Positions 1 to 9,685 are shown, numbered from the stretch's first letter. The stretch is 64,000 nt of DNA from Candidatus Shapirobacteria bacterium (GCA_018052565.1 JAGPNC010000002.1:6648-70647), one strand, 5' to 3'. Notes: generated from the sequence alone by a model not told the origin. Made by a program: numbers and translations.

Positions 1-1
1 T

Positions 2-679
2 ATTCTTTTTGTCCGTCACGCCAGGTCAGAAAATGACGATGCCAATAGAAGACAGGGGCCGAATTCTAAATTGGGGGAGGTAGGGAGAAGGCAGGCGCTT
101 TTAGCGGCCGAAAGAGTAAACAGGATTATCCAAGAGGGCGATAACAAATATGACTTGATTATCACTAGCCCCTGGCTAAGGGCGCTAGAAACGGCAAAAG
201 TTATCGCTGGCAAGACAGGGATAAAAGTAGAAAAACACCCCTTAATCCATGAATATCTTTCTAATAAAATTCTTATAGACCAACCAATGGACAGCGATAT
301 CGTGAAGGAATTCAAGGAAGCAGCTAGAAATAAAGGTGTCAATCTTGACTGGAGATTCCGGGGAGAGGGGGAGTGCGTACGCGATGTTATTAACAGAGCA
401 ATTAATTTCAAAAATGAGCTATTAAGCAAATATTTGGGGAAGAATTGTTTGGTGGTTTCTCATGGTCTTTTTATTACCAGCTTTATTACGATACTGATGT
501 TGGGAGATCATTATGATGATGCCCAATTCCAGCAAATTTCCGAATTAATCCATTTAGAAAACACTTCTTTTAGCGAGGTGGAATATGACGAGTTTAATAA
601 AAGATGGCAGATTAAATATCTAAATGATTTTAGCCACTTAGAAAAAATATTTGCTAAGAACAAAATTACCCTCCCATAG
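2..679 (+). CDS. histidine phosphatase family protein (phosphoglycerate-mutase-like), 5' end outside window
   Basis: ORF 71-679 contains LIITSPWLRALETA and VVSHG motifs. The same frame stays open upstream to position 2 and encodes VRHARSE (an RHG-type catalytic motif), so the gene begins before the window. Confidence 0.65.
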   Translation: MLFVRHARSENDDANRRQGPNSKLGEVGRRQALLAAERVNRIIQEGDNKYDLIITSPWLRALETAKVIAGKTGIKVEKHPLIHEYLSNKILIDQPMDSDIVKEFKEAARNKGVNLDWRFRGEGECVRDVINRAINFKNELLSKYLGKNCLVVSHGLFITSFITILMLGDHYDDAQFQQISELIHLENTSFSEVEYDEFNKRWQIKYLNDFSHLEKIFAKNKITLP

Positions 680-1341
680 AGGTTAAAAGAAAGCCCTAGA
701 AAAATCTTACGCTTTGGGCAAAGTCTTTCATAAAGTTTGCCCTCGTCTATTTTTACTTTTAGCAACTTTGGCTAGATTTATAGACTGTTATTTTCGTCAA
801 TAATTTTTGCCGGGGTTTCTCTCCTGATAATCTGGCAAAAAGCGCAAGGTCTCATTTTTTAAGGAAAGATAATAATTAACCAGCCAGACCTTGGCTTCCC
901 CGGACTTCAATTTTATCAATTTCTTCCCAGAGGCGCTAAGCCGGCCGAAAGGGGCTGGCGGCGGGTTTCTTTCTTTTCCCCCGCCGACGATTTTCACTGC
1001 CGAAGGCCTGTATTTTTAAGTAAATAAAGTACTTCCTTTCTTTGGCTATGGGTGCCAAAATAGGCCAAAATTTGTTTTAAGTCTTTTTCTTCTGTGCCAA
1101 AGATAGTTTTTTCTTTTAACTTCCTGATAACCGTTTTTATTAATTTTTCGTTTTTCCTCTTTCATTTTCTTTGAGCTATTATATCCCTTGAATTAGATGA
1201 AAAAAGAGCTGATCAACTAAAATTTAAATATTAATCGTTTTTAAAAACTTTTTTAAATAAAAATCATTAATCCTTCTTCTGGCCAATGGTTGGCATATCG
1301 TCCAATTCGTCTGGCGGCCCCAAGGGAAGAACCGCAGGCTT

Positions 1342-1678
1342 TTGCCCGCTCTTGAGGAAGAGAAAAAATATTCAACCAAAAAATGGCGAGAGCGGGCGGA
1401 AAACGGCTATACGCTTTTAGTTTCCGGGGGCGATCAATCCATGGGAATGATCAGCGCTTACGCCAGCAAGGGGGGAGAAATTGCCCATATAGTTAGCGTT
1501 TTTTTCTTCAAAAATTTCGCGACAAAGGTATTGGCAAGGAGCTTTTCGGTGCGGTATTAGAGAGAATAAAAAAATTCTGATATTAAAAAGATTGTTTTAT
1601 CCGTTAACAAGGAACAAATTCCTGCTGTTAAAATGTATCGGCAATTTGGGTTTCAGATTGCGGGCGAAAAACCATAAT
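1342..1678 (+). pseudogene. GNAT family N-acetyltransferase remnant (frameshifted and truncated)
   Basis: Frame A gives ...GGEIAHIVSVFF, then stops. A +2 frame continues FRDKGIGKELFGAVLERIKKF*. A third frame gives IKKIVLSVNKEQIPAVKMYRQFGFQIAGEKP*. Together these form the GNAT acetyl-CoA-binding motifs (R-x-x-G-x-G/A, then Y-x-x-x-GF) split across three frames. Confidence 0.6.
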
Positions 1679-1789
1679 TATTAGACGATGGCAAGAAATC
1701 TTGAATACGAAATCGCGCTGGCGTTAAGAAGATGATCGCTTTCTTTGTTAAATACGAGGCTGGCAAGTTTAATTATGAAGCTGTTGTTT

Positions 1790-2434
1790 TTAGAAGGGGT
1801 GCCTTTCTCTGGCGACATTTGCTTCTTGTTCTTTCCGTTTAACAAGAAGGCCGAGGGCCTGGCGAGGGGAGAGTATTCCGTATGGGAGTCCTCTTACATG
1901 TATCCCTAATCTTCTGGGTTCTATTGGTTGGCCGAGAGCATAATCTGGTTTTTCTTCTCCGTTTTGGAAAAAAGCTTCAAAAAGCTTACCTTTTGATCCA
2001 TCGGCGGCGGCATAGTCTGCCAGCTGGAGAAAAGGATTCGCGCCATTTGGATAATAAAGGCCAAACGCACAAACTAATGGCCAATATTCACCACTCTCCC
2101 ATGCCCGCGGCCTGTTTCTTGAAAAAGCGGCATTAGATTCTTCGCCAGCGCCATAAAGATAGACCAAAAGCAAATCCTCGAGAACCGCGTCTAATGTTTG
2201 TTCTCTTCCAGCGAAGAATCTTTTCCCTTTTTCGTCTCTATATCCTTCTAATCGTGAGATTAATCGCGGCAAGAGATTTTTTCCGAAGTTTTCCAAAATA
2301 GTGGTCATCTCCGTTGTTTCCCCGGTTGTTCCATCCCATAATGTCGGGAAAGTTTTTCTTCCCAAAGAAGTTATTATTCGAGCCGCTCTTTCCTCCTCGG
2401 GGGATTCTTTTATTTTGACATTTTCCGCAGTCAT
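1790..2434 (-). CDS. hypothetical protein (GC-richer than surroundings)
   Basis: Intact 214-aa ORF with no recognisable motifs. Its composition is visibly more GC-rich than neighbouring DNA. Confidence 0.4.
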   Translation of the reverse strand: MTAENVKIKESPEEERAARIITSLGRKTFPTLWDGTTGETTEMTTILENFGKNLLPRLISRLEGYRDEKGKRFFAGREQTLDAVLEDLLLVYLYGAGEESNAAFSRNRPRAWESGEYWPLVCAFGLYYPNGANPFLQLADYAAADGSKGKLFEAFFQNGEEKPDYALGQPIEPRRLGIHVRGLPYGILSPRQALGLLVKRKEQEANVARERHPF

Positions 2435-3247
2435 TTTAATATTTTATTATATCTAACTAGCGATTATAGTATTATAATATATATTGTCAATAATAACAAC
2501 AAAATAAAAAAATCCGTAGAAGGTGATAATATTCTCGGCGGCGAAAGCTAAAAGAAGGCGAATAATTTTCTTGCTAAAATTATTTGGTGTTTTTCTCCTC
2601 GGGCGGTATCAATTTTGTCTAAAAGAACTTTAAAGCCTGCTTTTTCTATAATCTCTTTATTTTTTTGTGGTCCGCAACCACTCTAATATATCGGGACTCT
2701 ATGAAAAGTTCCTATGCCTTCCCGGTTGCCTGCTCCCATGGCCGCTAAAAAACAGGCTGTCCTTATCAAGGGAAGAATTATTTTTTTTAAATATTTAAGA
2801 TTTTTAATCTGCTTTCTTACCGAAGATTACTCTTCGGCAATCCGGCGGTATTCTTTGCCAGTCAGATCCTTATCCATAATAAAGAGGAAATCTTAAAAAT
2901 TATTTAATCTTAAAATTTTTTTCTTTGCTCCCTGGGTTTGAAGTTATTCAACGCCGGACGTTGAATAAAGACCCTTCTCCAATAGAGTAGCATTTTTCCT
3001 TTGTCGTATTAATTATATTTAATATGGACTCTTCAAGGGAAAGATGCCAATTTCTCTCTCTGTGGCTACCCCCCAAAACCTGCCCTCTTTCCTTCAAATT
3101 TGGGGATTCTTAAAGTTAAGGCGACCTCACTTAAAGGGAAAGTAATTTGTTTTCCCTCTTTTTTTTCCTCAACGATTTTTCTTATTTTCTCTAAATTTTA
3201 GCCTGCCCGGCGCATTCTCTCGGGTCCTCTTGTCATATGTCTATATT

Positions 3248-4867
3248 TCATTGCAGGGGTAAGTTGGGAGGAGAAAAGACGCCGGTTTCTTGCTGGAGAA
3301 GATTAAGATAGAGTTGGCTTTTTTGAGGTTCGTTTTTCTCCTGATAAAGAGCGGCTAAGTTTTGGTAGGCCTGAAGATAGTTGGGGTTAATTTCCAAAGT
3401 TTTAAGCCACGCCTTTTCTGCTTCGTCTAATTTCTTTTGGTGGTAATAAGCGACTCCCAAATTAAAATAGGCTTGGTCATAGAAGGGGTAGAGCTCCAAC
3501 TCTTTTTGAAATTCCAAAATTGCCTGATCAAACATTTTTTTCTCCAAGTAAATTACCCCCAAATTGTTATGGACCATCGGCTCAGTGGGGTTTAAAAGAA
3601 GCGCTTTCTCCAATTCTTCTTCGGCTTTTTCTGGCTGGCCTTCTAAGATATAAATTGCTCCCAAGTTGCGGTGGGCAAGAGGATGGGAAGGGGAAGAAGC
3701 CGCGGCTTCCTGCCAAAAAACAAGACGATTTTTGAATTTATCCTGATGGGAAAAATTTATAAGGCTAAAAAACAGAAGAAGAGTGATTCCTCCCCAAAGG
3801 CAGGTTTTATTTTTAAAAGAGAATTTTTTTAAAGGATTTATTTCCGCCAGGATTATTAGGATGCCAATAAGCGGGATATAGGCGCGGTGCTCGCAAAAAT
3901 CGGCAATAGCGGTGGGGTCGGGGCGAACAAAATTTGGAACTAAGAATAAAAGAAACCAAATGAAGCCAAAAATGATAGGGCCGAGCCGCTTATTTTTAGC
4001 AAAAATAATCATCAGGATTAAAATTGCGGCGGCGATAATGCCATAGACAAAAGTAGTATCCGCTAAAGTTGGCAGGACGGTTAAATTGAAAGGGAAGAAA
4101 ATTTTTCCCAAAAATTGGACAAGAGCGGGCAAATTTTTAAAAGCAGAAATAATCATTTCGCCCAAGCCATAATTTATGGGGTTTTTTAAGCCCCAATGGC
4201 GCAGAAAGAAGTAGCAAGTTAAAATTCCCAGCCAAGAAAAAATGAGATCTTTTTGCTTTTTGATAATTTGCTTTTCTCCCTTAATAAGGTAAAGATACAA
4301 AAGAGCGATAACAGGGATAATCAGAGCTGATTCTTTGCTTAAAAGAGCGAGGAAAAAGAAGAAAAGATGATAGAGAAGATCTTTCTTTTGGTAATTTTCC
4401 CAAAAATTAATTAGGAAGATAAAACTGGCCAAAACAAAGATGGCCAAAAGAGAATCATTCCTGCCGGGGATCCAGGCCACGGCTTGAGCCAAAATCGGAT
4501 GAACGGTGAATAAAAGAGTTAAAAATAAACTTAAATGAGGGGAATATTTTAGTTTTTTAAAAAAATAATAGAGAAGACAGGCGGCGCCAAGGTGAAGCAG
4601 AATATTTCCCAAATGATAGCCCCCGGGGGCAACGCCGCTAAATTGACTGTTAATAATGAAAGAAATGGTTAAAAGGGGGCGATAATAGGCGGTGTTAACA
4701 GTGTTTAAAAAAGCATCACGGCTAAAGGCGGCGCCAATATTGCCTAAATTTTTGATAAAATAAAAATTATCTAAGATTAAAACATTATCATCTAAATAAG
4801 TAAGGTCAAAAAAAAGGCTTTTGGCGTAAAGAGCCAGGCCGGTTAAACAAACAATTAAATATTCCAT
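3248..4867 (-). CDS. polytopic membrane glycosyltransferase-like protein (PMT/ArnT-type GT-C fold) with C-terminal TPR repeats
   Basis: About 11 predicted transmembrane segments over roughly 400 aa. The C-terminal 130 aa carry TPR-like repeats (NLGAIYILEGQPEKAEEELEKAL, NNLGVIYLEKKMFDQAILEFQKELEL, YFNLGVAYYHQKKLDEAEKAWLKTLEI). It overlaps the GT2 gene upstream by 13 nt. Confidence 0.6.
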   Translation of the reverse strand: MEYLIVCLTGLALYAKSLFFDLTYLDDNVLILDNFYFIKNLGNIGAAFSRDAFLNTVNTAYYRPLLTISFIINSQFSGVAPGGYHLGNILLHLGAACLLYYFFKKLKYSPHLSLFLTLLFTVHPILAQAVAWIPGRNDSLLAIFVLASFIFLINFWENYQKKDLLYHLFFFFLALLSKESALIIPVIALLYLYLIKGEKQIIKKQKDLIFSWLGILTCYFFLRHWGLKNPINYGLGEMIISAFKNLPALVQFLGKIFFPFNLTVLPTLADTTFVYGIIAAAILILMIIFAKNKRLGPIIFGFIWFLLFLVPNFVRPDPTAIADFCEHRAYIPLIGILIILAEINPLKKFSFKNKTCLWGGITLLLFFSLINFSHQDKFKNRLVFWQEAAASSPSHPLAHRNLGAIYILEGQPEKAEEELEKALLLNPTEPMVHNNLGVIYLEKKMFDQAILEFQKELELYPFYDQAYFNLGVAYYHQKKLDEAEKAWLKTLEINPNYLQAYQNLAALYQEKNEPQKSQLYLNLLQQETGVFSPPNLPLQ

Positions 4868-5595
4868 ATTTTTTTGAAAATTCTTTTAGCCAAGAAATTG
4901 GCGGTAACGCCAAGAGTGCCTAAGCCGTATTTTAAGCTGCGTTTAAAATTAATAGAAGAAGCCTCTGGAAAATAGCGCACCGGCACAGGAATTTCTCCGA
5001 TGCGATAGCCTTTTTCTATAATTTGAAATAGAATTTGGCTGTCAAAGAGAAAATCATCGGAATTTTTTAAAAAGTTAATATTTTCTAAAACTTCTCTTTT
5101 ATAGGCCCTCATCCCCGTATGCCATTCGGAAAGGTTATAACCGCTGGCCAAATTTTCCATAATGGTTAAGAAACGATTACCAAGATATTTATATAAGGGC
5201 ATACCGCCGGCTAAGGTTTCTTGGCGGCTTCTGATCCTTGATCCTAGCATGATGTCAAAGCGATCTTCACCGATAAACTCCACGAAGTATTTAATTATTT
5301 TCGGATCATATTGATAATCGGGGTGGAGCATAATGACAATGTCAGGATGATATTTTAAGGCCACGCGATAGCAAGTTTTTTGATTAGCGCCATAGCCTTT
5401 ATTTTTGGAATGCCGGAAAACAGTTAGTCCTAATTTTTTGGCAATTTTAACGGTTTGGTCGCCACTTTTATCGTCAACAAGAATAATTTTGTCAACTTCA
5501 TCTCGGGGAATGTCAAGAATGGTTTTTTCTAAAGTTTTTTCGGCGTTATAGGCGGGAAGGACAACGATAGTTTTTAGTTTCTTGCGGAGAGGCAT
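4855..5595 (-). CDS. family 2 glycosyltransferase (Dpm1/polyprenyl-phosphate sugar synthase-like)
   Basis: N-terminal VVLPAYNAEKTL...ILVDDKSGDQT matches the GT2 DxD/DD signature. Its 3' end overlaps the TPR membrane protein, which suggests an operon. Confidence 0.75.
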   Translation of the reverse strand: MPLRKKLKTIVVLPAYNAEKTLEKTILDIPRDEVDKIILVDDKSGDQTVKIAKKLGLTVFRHSKNKGYGANQKTCYRVALKYHPDIVIMLHPDYQYDPKIIKYFVEFIGEDRFDIMLGSRIRSRQETLAGGMPLYKYLGNRFLTIMENLASGYNLSEWHTGMRAYKREVLENINFLKNSDDFLFDSQILFQIIEKGYRIGEIPVPVRYFPEASSINFKRSLKYGLGTLGVTANFLAKRIFKKIWNI

Positions 5596-5733
5596 TTTTC
5601 CATCTTAAACTCGTTGGGACAAGAAATTAATGAGAGCCATAAGATGTTTTTTTCTCGATCTGGCTTGTTCGGCAAAAAAGCTACTCCCCCTGCTAACTGC
5701 TAAACTAGTAAGTAGCGATTTGGCGAAAGGAGT

Positions 5734-5789
5734 TTATAAAATAAAGGCGGGCAAAAAATCTCCTTTTTCCAAGAAATTCTACCCGCCTT
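5734..5789 (-). terminator. candidate intrinsic terminator downstream of the RRM protein gene
   Basis: On the minus strand, stem GGCGGG...CCCGCC (5745-5788) is followed by a U-rich run (plus-strand ATAAAATAAA at 5734-5743). The loop is unusually long, so this is weak. Confidence 0.3.
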
Positions 5790-5876
5790 TCTCGGATATC
5801 CTTGTTTCTCTAAACTAGAATAATTTTAAATTTTCCACTAGAGACAGGAATTTATCCTTAAGCAAAACCTTAGATT

Positions 5877-6170
5877 TTATCTCCGGTTATTTTGGTAACC
5901 ACCACGACCTTGCCCTCCGCTTTCTTCCTGGGGACGAGCATCGTTCACTGAGATCGCCCGGCCATCGAGCTCCTTACCATTAAGCTCTTTTTTTGCTTTT
6001 TCCGCGTCAGCATCTTCCATTTCGACAAAACCAAAACCACGAGAACGACCGGACATCCGATCGGTGATAACACTTGCCGAAATCACGTTGCCAACCTGAG
6101 CAAAAAAATCTCTTAGAGAATCGTTGGTGGTGTTCCAAGAAAGATTACCAACAAAAAGTTTCTTTGCCAT
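5877..6170 (-). CDS. RRM-type glycine-rich RNA-binding protein
   Basis: RNP2-like LFVGNLSW and RNP1-like RGFGFVEM, followed by a Gly/Arg-rich C-terminal tail. Confidence 0.85.
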   Translation of the reverse strand: MAKKLFVGNLSWNTTNDSLRDFFAQVGNVISASVITDRMSGRSRGFGFVEMEDADAEKAKKELNGKELDGRAISVNDARPQEESGGQGRGGYQNNRR

Positions 6171-6378
6171 TATTTATCACCTCCTTTTGGGGTACACAGA
6201 AAGTTTGAGGATTGCGCTTGATTGATAAACCTTTATTTGGGCCAAGGCCTAAAAGAATTCTTAAAATGAAGAGTTAAAACCGGCCATTGAATTTTTGGGC
6301 ATGTTTAGTAAGTTTTCGGGCGGTAGGGAGAAAAGAGGTTTTCCTACTAAATAAATTATAACTTAATTATTTTGAAAA

Positions 6379-6867
6379 TCAAGAGGAAAATTGTTTGCCT
6401 GTCCAATCGTGGTATTTTTCTTCAACCAATTGGCGTTCTTTTTCGGTGCGTTGGTGACGTTTTTCTAATTCGGCAGGAATAGCTTTTTTAGCTTTTTTTA
6501 AGTAATCGTAAATTGCTTCGCTTAGGGCATCGGCCGCCAAAACCGAACAGTGAATTTTTACTGGCGGCAATCCCCCCAACGAGTCAACAATTTCCTTTTG
6601 GCTAATTTTTAGGGCTTCATCAAGAGTTTTTCCTTTAGCCATCTCGGTTATTTTGACGCTGGTAGCAATGGCGGCCACACAACCAAAGGTTTCGAATTTA
6701 ATATCCCTAATAATTTCCTCACCCTTGGCGTTTTTGCCCATTTTCAAGTAAAGTTGCATTACGTCACCACAAACGATATTGCCCACCTTGCCCACGCCAT
6801 CGGGATTTTTGATCCGGCCGTAGTTCTTAATATCGTGGAAAGCCTTTAAGACTTGCTGGTTATACAT
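6379..6867 (-). CDS. nifU: Fe-S cluster assembly scaffold protein (NifU/IscU-like) with C-terminal extension
   Basis: Conserved cysteine motifs GDVMQL, ETFGCVAAIATS and KIHCSVLAADAL. It lies directly downstream of the cysteine desulfurase gene on the same strand. Confidence 0.85.
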   Translation of the reverse strand: MYNQQVLKAFHDIKNYGRIKNPDGVGKVGNIVCGDVMQLYLKMGKNAKGEEIIRDIKFETFGCVAAIATSVKITEMAKGKTLDEALKISQKEIVDSLGGLPPVKIHCSVLAADALSEAIYDYLKKAKKAIPAELEKRHQRTEKERQLVEEKYHDWTGKQFSS

Positions 6868-7079
6868 TAGAAATTATTAAGTTGATTGGGTTTTTCTTTA
6901 GGCGTCATCCTGAACTTGGTTCAAGATCTGTTTTCAAAAAATATCAAGTATAATTCAAAAGTTAAAGGTCAAAATGCAAAATTACAAGTCAAAAGTTAAA
7001 AGTTTTCTTTGTTTTACTGCTTTACTTTTGAATTTTAACTTGCACTTTTGCCTTTTGACTTTTGAATTTTTAATTTTTT

Positions 7080-8243
7080 TTATTCTCTTTTTCCAAACGG
7101 CGAAACGCGTCTTAATTTGGCGATCACTTGAGGCAAAACCGCCAAGACCTTATCAATTTCTTCCTCCGTTGTCCAGCGCCCTAGGGAGAGTCGGAGAGAG
7201 CCATGGGCTTCTTGAGGGGCCAAACCACAAGCTAAAAGAACATGGCTTGGTTCAAGCTTTGGCGAGGAGCAGGCGGAGGCAGTGGAAGCGGCAATACCAT
7301 AACGGTCTAATTCAAAGATAATTGCCTCGCCTTCCACGAATTCAAACCAGAAATTAGCGTTGTTGGCTAGTCTTTTAGTAGGATGACCGTTGAGGTGAGC
7401 ACCTGGGATGGTTTTTAAAACACCTTTAATTAATTTGTCGCGCAAACGGCTAATTTCTTTATTTTCCTCGTCCATATTTTTTAGGGCGATATTCACGGCT
7501 TTGGCAAAACCGACAATGGCGGGGACATTAACAGTAGAAGAGCGTTTGCCAAATTCCTGGCCGCCGCCGTGGAGAAGGGGTTCTATATTTACTCCTTTTC
7601 TAATATAAAGGCAAGCCGCTCCCTTAGGGCCATAAATTTTATGGGAAGAAGCGGTGAGAAGGTCAATATTTTCTTTTTTGACATCAAGGGGAATTTTCCC
7701 CAACGTTTGGGCGGCGTCGGTATGAAAATAAACACCGCGCTCTCGGCAGATTTTACCAATTTTACCAATGGGTTCTACGGTGCCGATTTCATTATTGGCA
7801 TGCATAACAGAAACAAGAATGGTGTCTTTCTTGATTTTTGCCTCTACCTCGCGGGGGGAAACCAAACCTTCGTGGTTAACGCTAATTTTTTCTATTTCGA
7901 ACCCCTGGCTTTTGAGCCAATTAGCGCTTTCCAAGACGCAATGGTGTTCAATGGCGGAGATTAAGAGATGACGGCCTTTTTGGCGGTTGGCAAAAGCGAC
8001 TCCTTTTAGAGCAAAATTATTGCTTTCGGTGGCCGAACTGGTAAAAATAATTTCCTCAGGATCGGCGTTTATGGCTTGGGCAAGCGTTTGCCGGCTTTCT
8101 TCCAGTGCCTCTTGGGCTTCTTGGCCAAAGAAGTGAAGAGAGGTAGAATTGCCAAACTTTTGCCGCCAGAAAGGTCGCATCGCCTCAAGCACCCGCTTAT
8201 CTACCGGTGTTGTCGCCGCGTAGTCAAGATAAATCCGATTCAT
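7080..8243 (-). CDS. nifS: cysteine desulfurase (class V aminotransferase, NifS/IscS)
   Basis: PLP-lysine motif SSHKIYGPKG. The C-terminal SSPKLEPSHVLLACG carries the active-site cysteine loop. Length and order match a nifS-nifU pair. Confidence 0.9.
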   Translation of the reverse strand: MNRIYLDYAATTPVDKRVLEAMRPFWRQKFGNSTSLHFFGQEAQEALEESRQTLAQAINADPEEIIFTSSATESNNFALKGVAFANRQKGRHLLISAIEHHCVLESANWLKSQGFEIEKISVNHEGLVSPREVEAKIKKDTILVSVMHANNEIGTVEPIGKIGKICRERGVYFHTDAAQTLGKIPLDVKKENIDLLTASSHKIYGPKGAACLYIRKGVNIEPLLHGGGQEFGKRSSTVNVPAIVGFAKAVNIALKNMDEENKEISRLRDKLIKGVLKTIPGAHLNGHPTKRLANNANFWFEFVEGEAIIFELDRYGIAASTASACSSPKLEPSHVLLACGLAPQEAHGSLRLSLGRWTTEEEIDKVLAVLPQVIAKLRRVSPFGKRE

Positions 8244-8507
8244 AATAAACAGAAGGTTTGTTTTTTTCTTAACTTTTGATTCTTAATTTTAGTTTTTGCT
8301 AATTAGCGATATTTTAAAGTCAAAATTAAAAAATTAAAATTTAAAATTACAAGTCAAAAGTTAAAAGTTTTTTTGCTTTACTACTTTACTTTTGAATTTT
8401 TACTTGTACTTTTAACTTTTAAATTTTGACTTTTAACTTTTATTATTATACCATTTTCCCCCCTTTTGTGGTAAGCTAACAAGACGGTTAAGTTTACTTT
8501 CTTGCCG

Positions 8508-9365
8508 ATGATTGATGTCCATGCTCACCTTAACTTTCAAGATTTTGCTAAGGATTACCAGGAAGTAGCTAAAGAGAGCTTTTCTTCGGGAGTAAAAGCG
8601 ATTATAAATATTGGTTCGAATTTTAAAACCTCCCAAAAAGCAGTTTTAATCGCTCAAGAAATTCCTTTTTGTTTTGCCAGTGTTGGTATTCACCCAATAC
8701 ACTATAATGAAGAGGAATTTAGTAAGAAAAAGTTTATTGATATTATAAATAATAGTAATGAAAAAGTAGTTGCTATCGGAGAAACGGGTTTCGATTACCA
8801 CCATTTGCCAAAAGAAGCCCCTCTGGCAATAGTTAAAAAATCACAAGAAGAGTTATTGGTAAGCCATTTGGAATTAGCTAAAAAATTTAATCTGCCGCTT
8901 ATTTTTCATTGCCGGGGGTCCGAAAATGATCCTTTTGGGGCTTATCTTGATTTGCTGGCGGTTTTAGAAAAATGGCGTGGTAAAATACAAGGCGAAGCCC
9001 CGCACCGTCTGGTACAGGGCAAAGTCCCGTACCGCATGGTACGGGGCGAAGTTCATTGTTTTTGCGGCAACGCCTTTTTAGCGGAAAAATTTTTAAATCT
9101 TGGTTTTTATCTTGGTTTTACCGGTAATATTACCTTTAAAAATATTGACGAGAGTTTGCTTGAGGCGGTTTCTTTTTGCCCGAAAGAAAGAATTTTAGCC
9201 GAAACTGACTGCCCTTATCTTGCCCCCGAGCCTTTTCGAGGCAAACGCAACCTTCCTCATTATGTAATTTATACGATCAAAAAGATTGCCCGGTTAAGAA
9301 AGGAGTCAATGGAGGAGACAGAGGTTTTATTAGAAGAAAATAGTCGGAGACTGTTCGGAATTTAA
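8508..9365 (+). CDS. tatD: TatD family metal-dependent hydrolase/DNase carrying an in-frame palindromic repeat insertion
   Basis: MIDVHAHLNF, GETGFDYH, HCRGS and HCFCGN motifs. The ORF track starts at TTG 8502; ATG 8508 is the more likely start. The insertion is listed separately at 8997-9050. Confidence 0.85.
   Translation: MIDVHAHLNFQDFAKDYQEVAKESFSSGVKAIINIGSNFKTSQKAVLIAQEIPFCFASVGIHPIHYNEEEFSKKKFIDIINNSNEKVVAIGETGFDYHHLPKEAPLAIVKKSQEELLVSHLELAKKFNLPLIFHCRGSENDPFGAYLDLLAVLEKWRGKIQGEAPHRLVQGKVPYRMVRGEVHCFCGNAFLAEKFLNLGFYLGFTGNITFKNIDESLLEAVSFCPKERILAETDCPYLAPEPFRGKRNLPHYVIYTIKKIARLRKESMEETEVLLEENSRRLFGI
8997..9050 (+). repeat. two tandem GC-rich mini-palindromes inside tatD, read in frame as APHRLVQG-K-VPYRMVRG
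   Basis: The first unit (gccccgcaccgtctggtacagggc) is an imperfect stem-loop. The second (gtcccgtaccgcatggtacggggc) has a perfect 8-bp stem, cccgtacc/ggtacggg. The same motif type (ccccgcaccgtatggtgc) recurs between genes at 9466-9495, 40610-40632, 41921-41945 and 54255-54285. Confidence 0.7.
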
Positions 9366-9472
9366 AAGTTCCCGCCTAAGGCGGGTCTCTGCCCAAGGCT
9401 GACCCCTTCCAAGGCGGGGCGCCTCTGGCGGAAAAAATTAAAAGTCCAAAGTTAAAAGTCAATCTGCCAACC
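9366..9472. repeat. GC-core double hairpin (three variants) plus AAAAGT hexamer run
   Basis: ttcccgcctaaggcgggtctctgcccaaggctgaccccttccaaggcggggcgcctctggcggaaaaaattaaaagtccaaagttaaaagtcaa. This matches the core copies at 23988, 26905, 26999, 29047 and 51291. Confidence 0.8.
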
Positions 9473-9499
9473 TTGCACCATTACGGTGCGGGGCTGGCG

Positions 9500-9685
9500 G
9501 GTAATTCAATTGTTCTAATCGCTCTAATTATTCTATCTAATTGACCTAAAGAAATTCCAAATCCCAATTCCCAAAATTACTTAAATAAAAAAATAAATCT
9601 ATTTGGGACTTTGGTGCTTGGGATTTATTTAGAAATTCGGTTAATTAGAATAATTAGAATAATTAGAATAATTTATCCCGTCGCC
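9500..9685 (-). repeat. palindromic element of about 170 bp that lacks a coding region (MITE-like), copy A, reverse orientation
   Basis: It is the reverse complement of the copies at 11531-11703 and 13586-13742. It ends in a fourfold taattagaa tandem (9641-9680). Its internal left half is roughly the reverse complement of its right half. Confidence 0.8.

Noticed and set aside
16-429. 137-aa minus-strand ORF at the left edge
   Set aside because: It lies entirely antisense to the histidine-phosphatase gene, whose RHG and SHG motifs give a clear sense-strand signal. It is low-complexity Leu/Ser-rich and has no motifs.
2714-2896. 60-aa ORF in the long 2435-3247 spacer
   Set aside because: It is isolated, has no ribosome-binding site, a composition like surrounding non-coding DNA, and no motifs. 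More likely chance ORF in decayed DNA.
7569-7971. Plus-strand ORFs of 131 and 67 aa inside nifS
   Set aside because: Antisense to the well-supported cysteine desulfurase. They have no ribosome-binding site and no recognisable domains, and are typical shadow ORFs.
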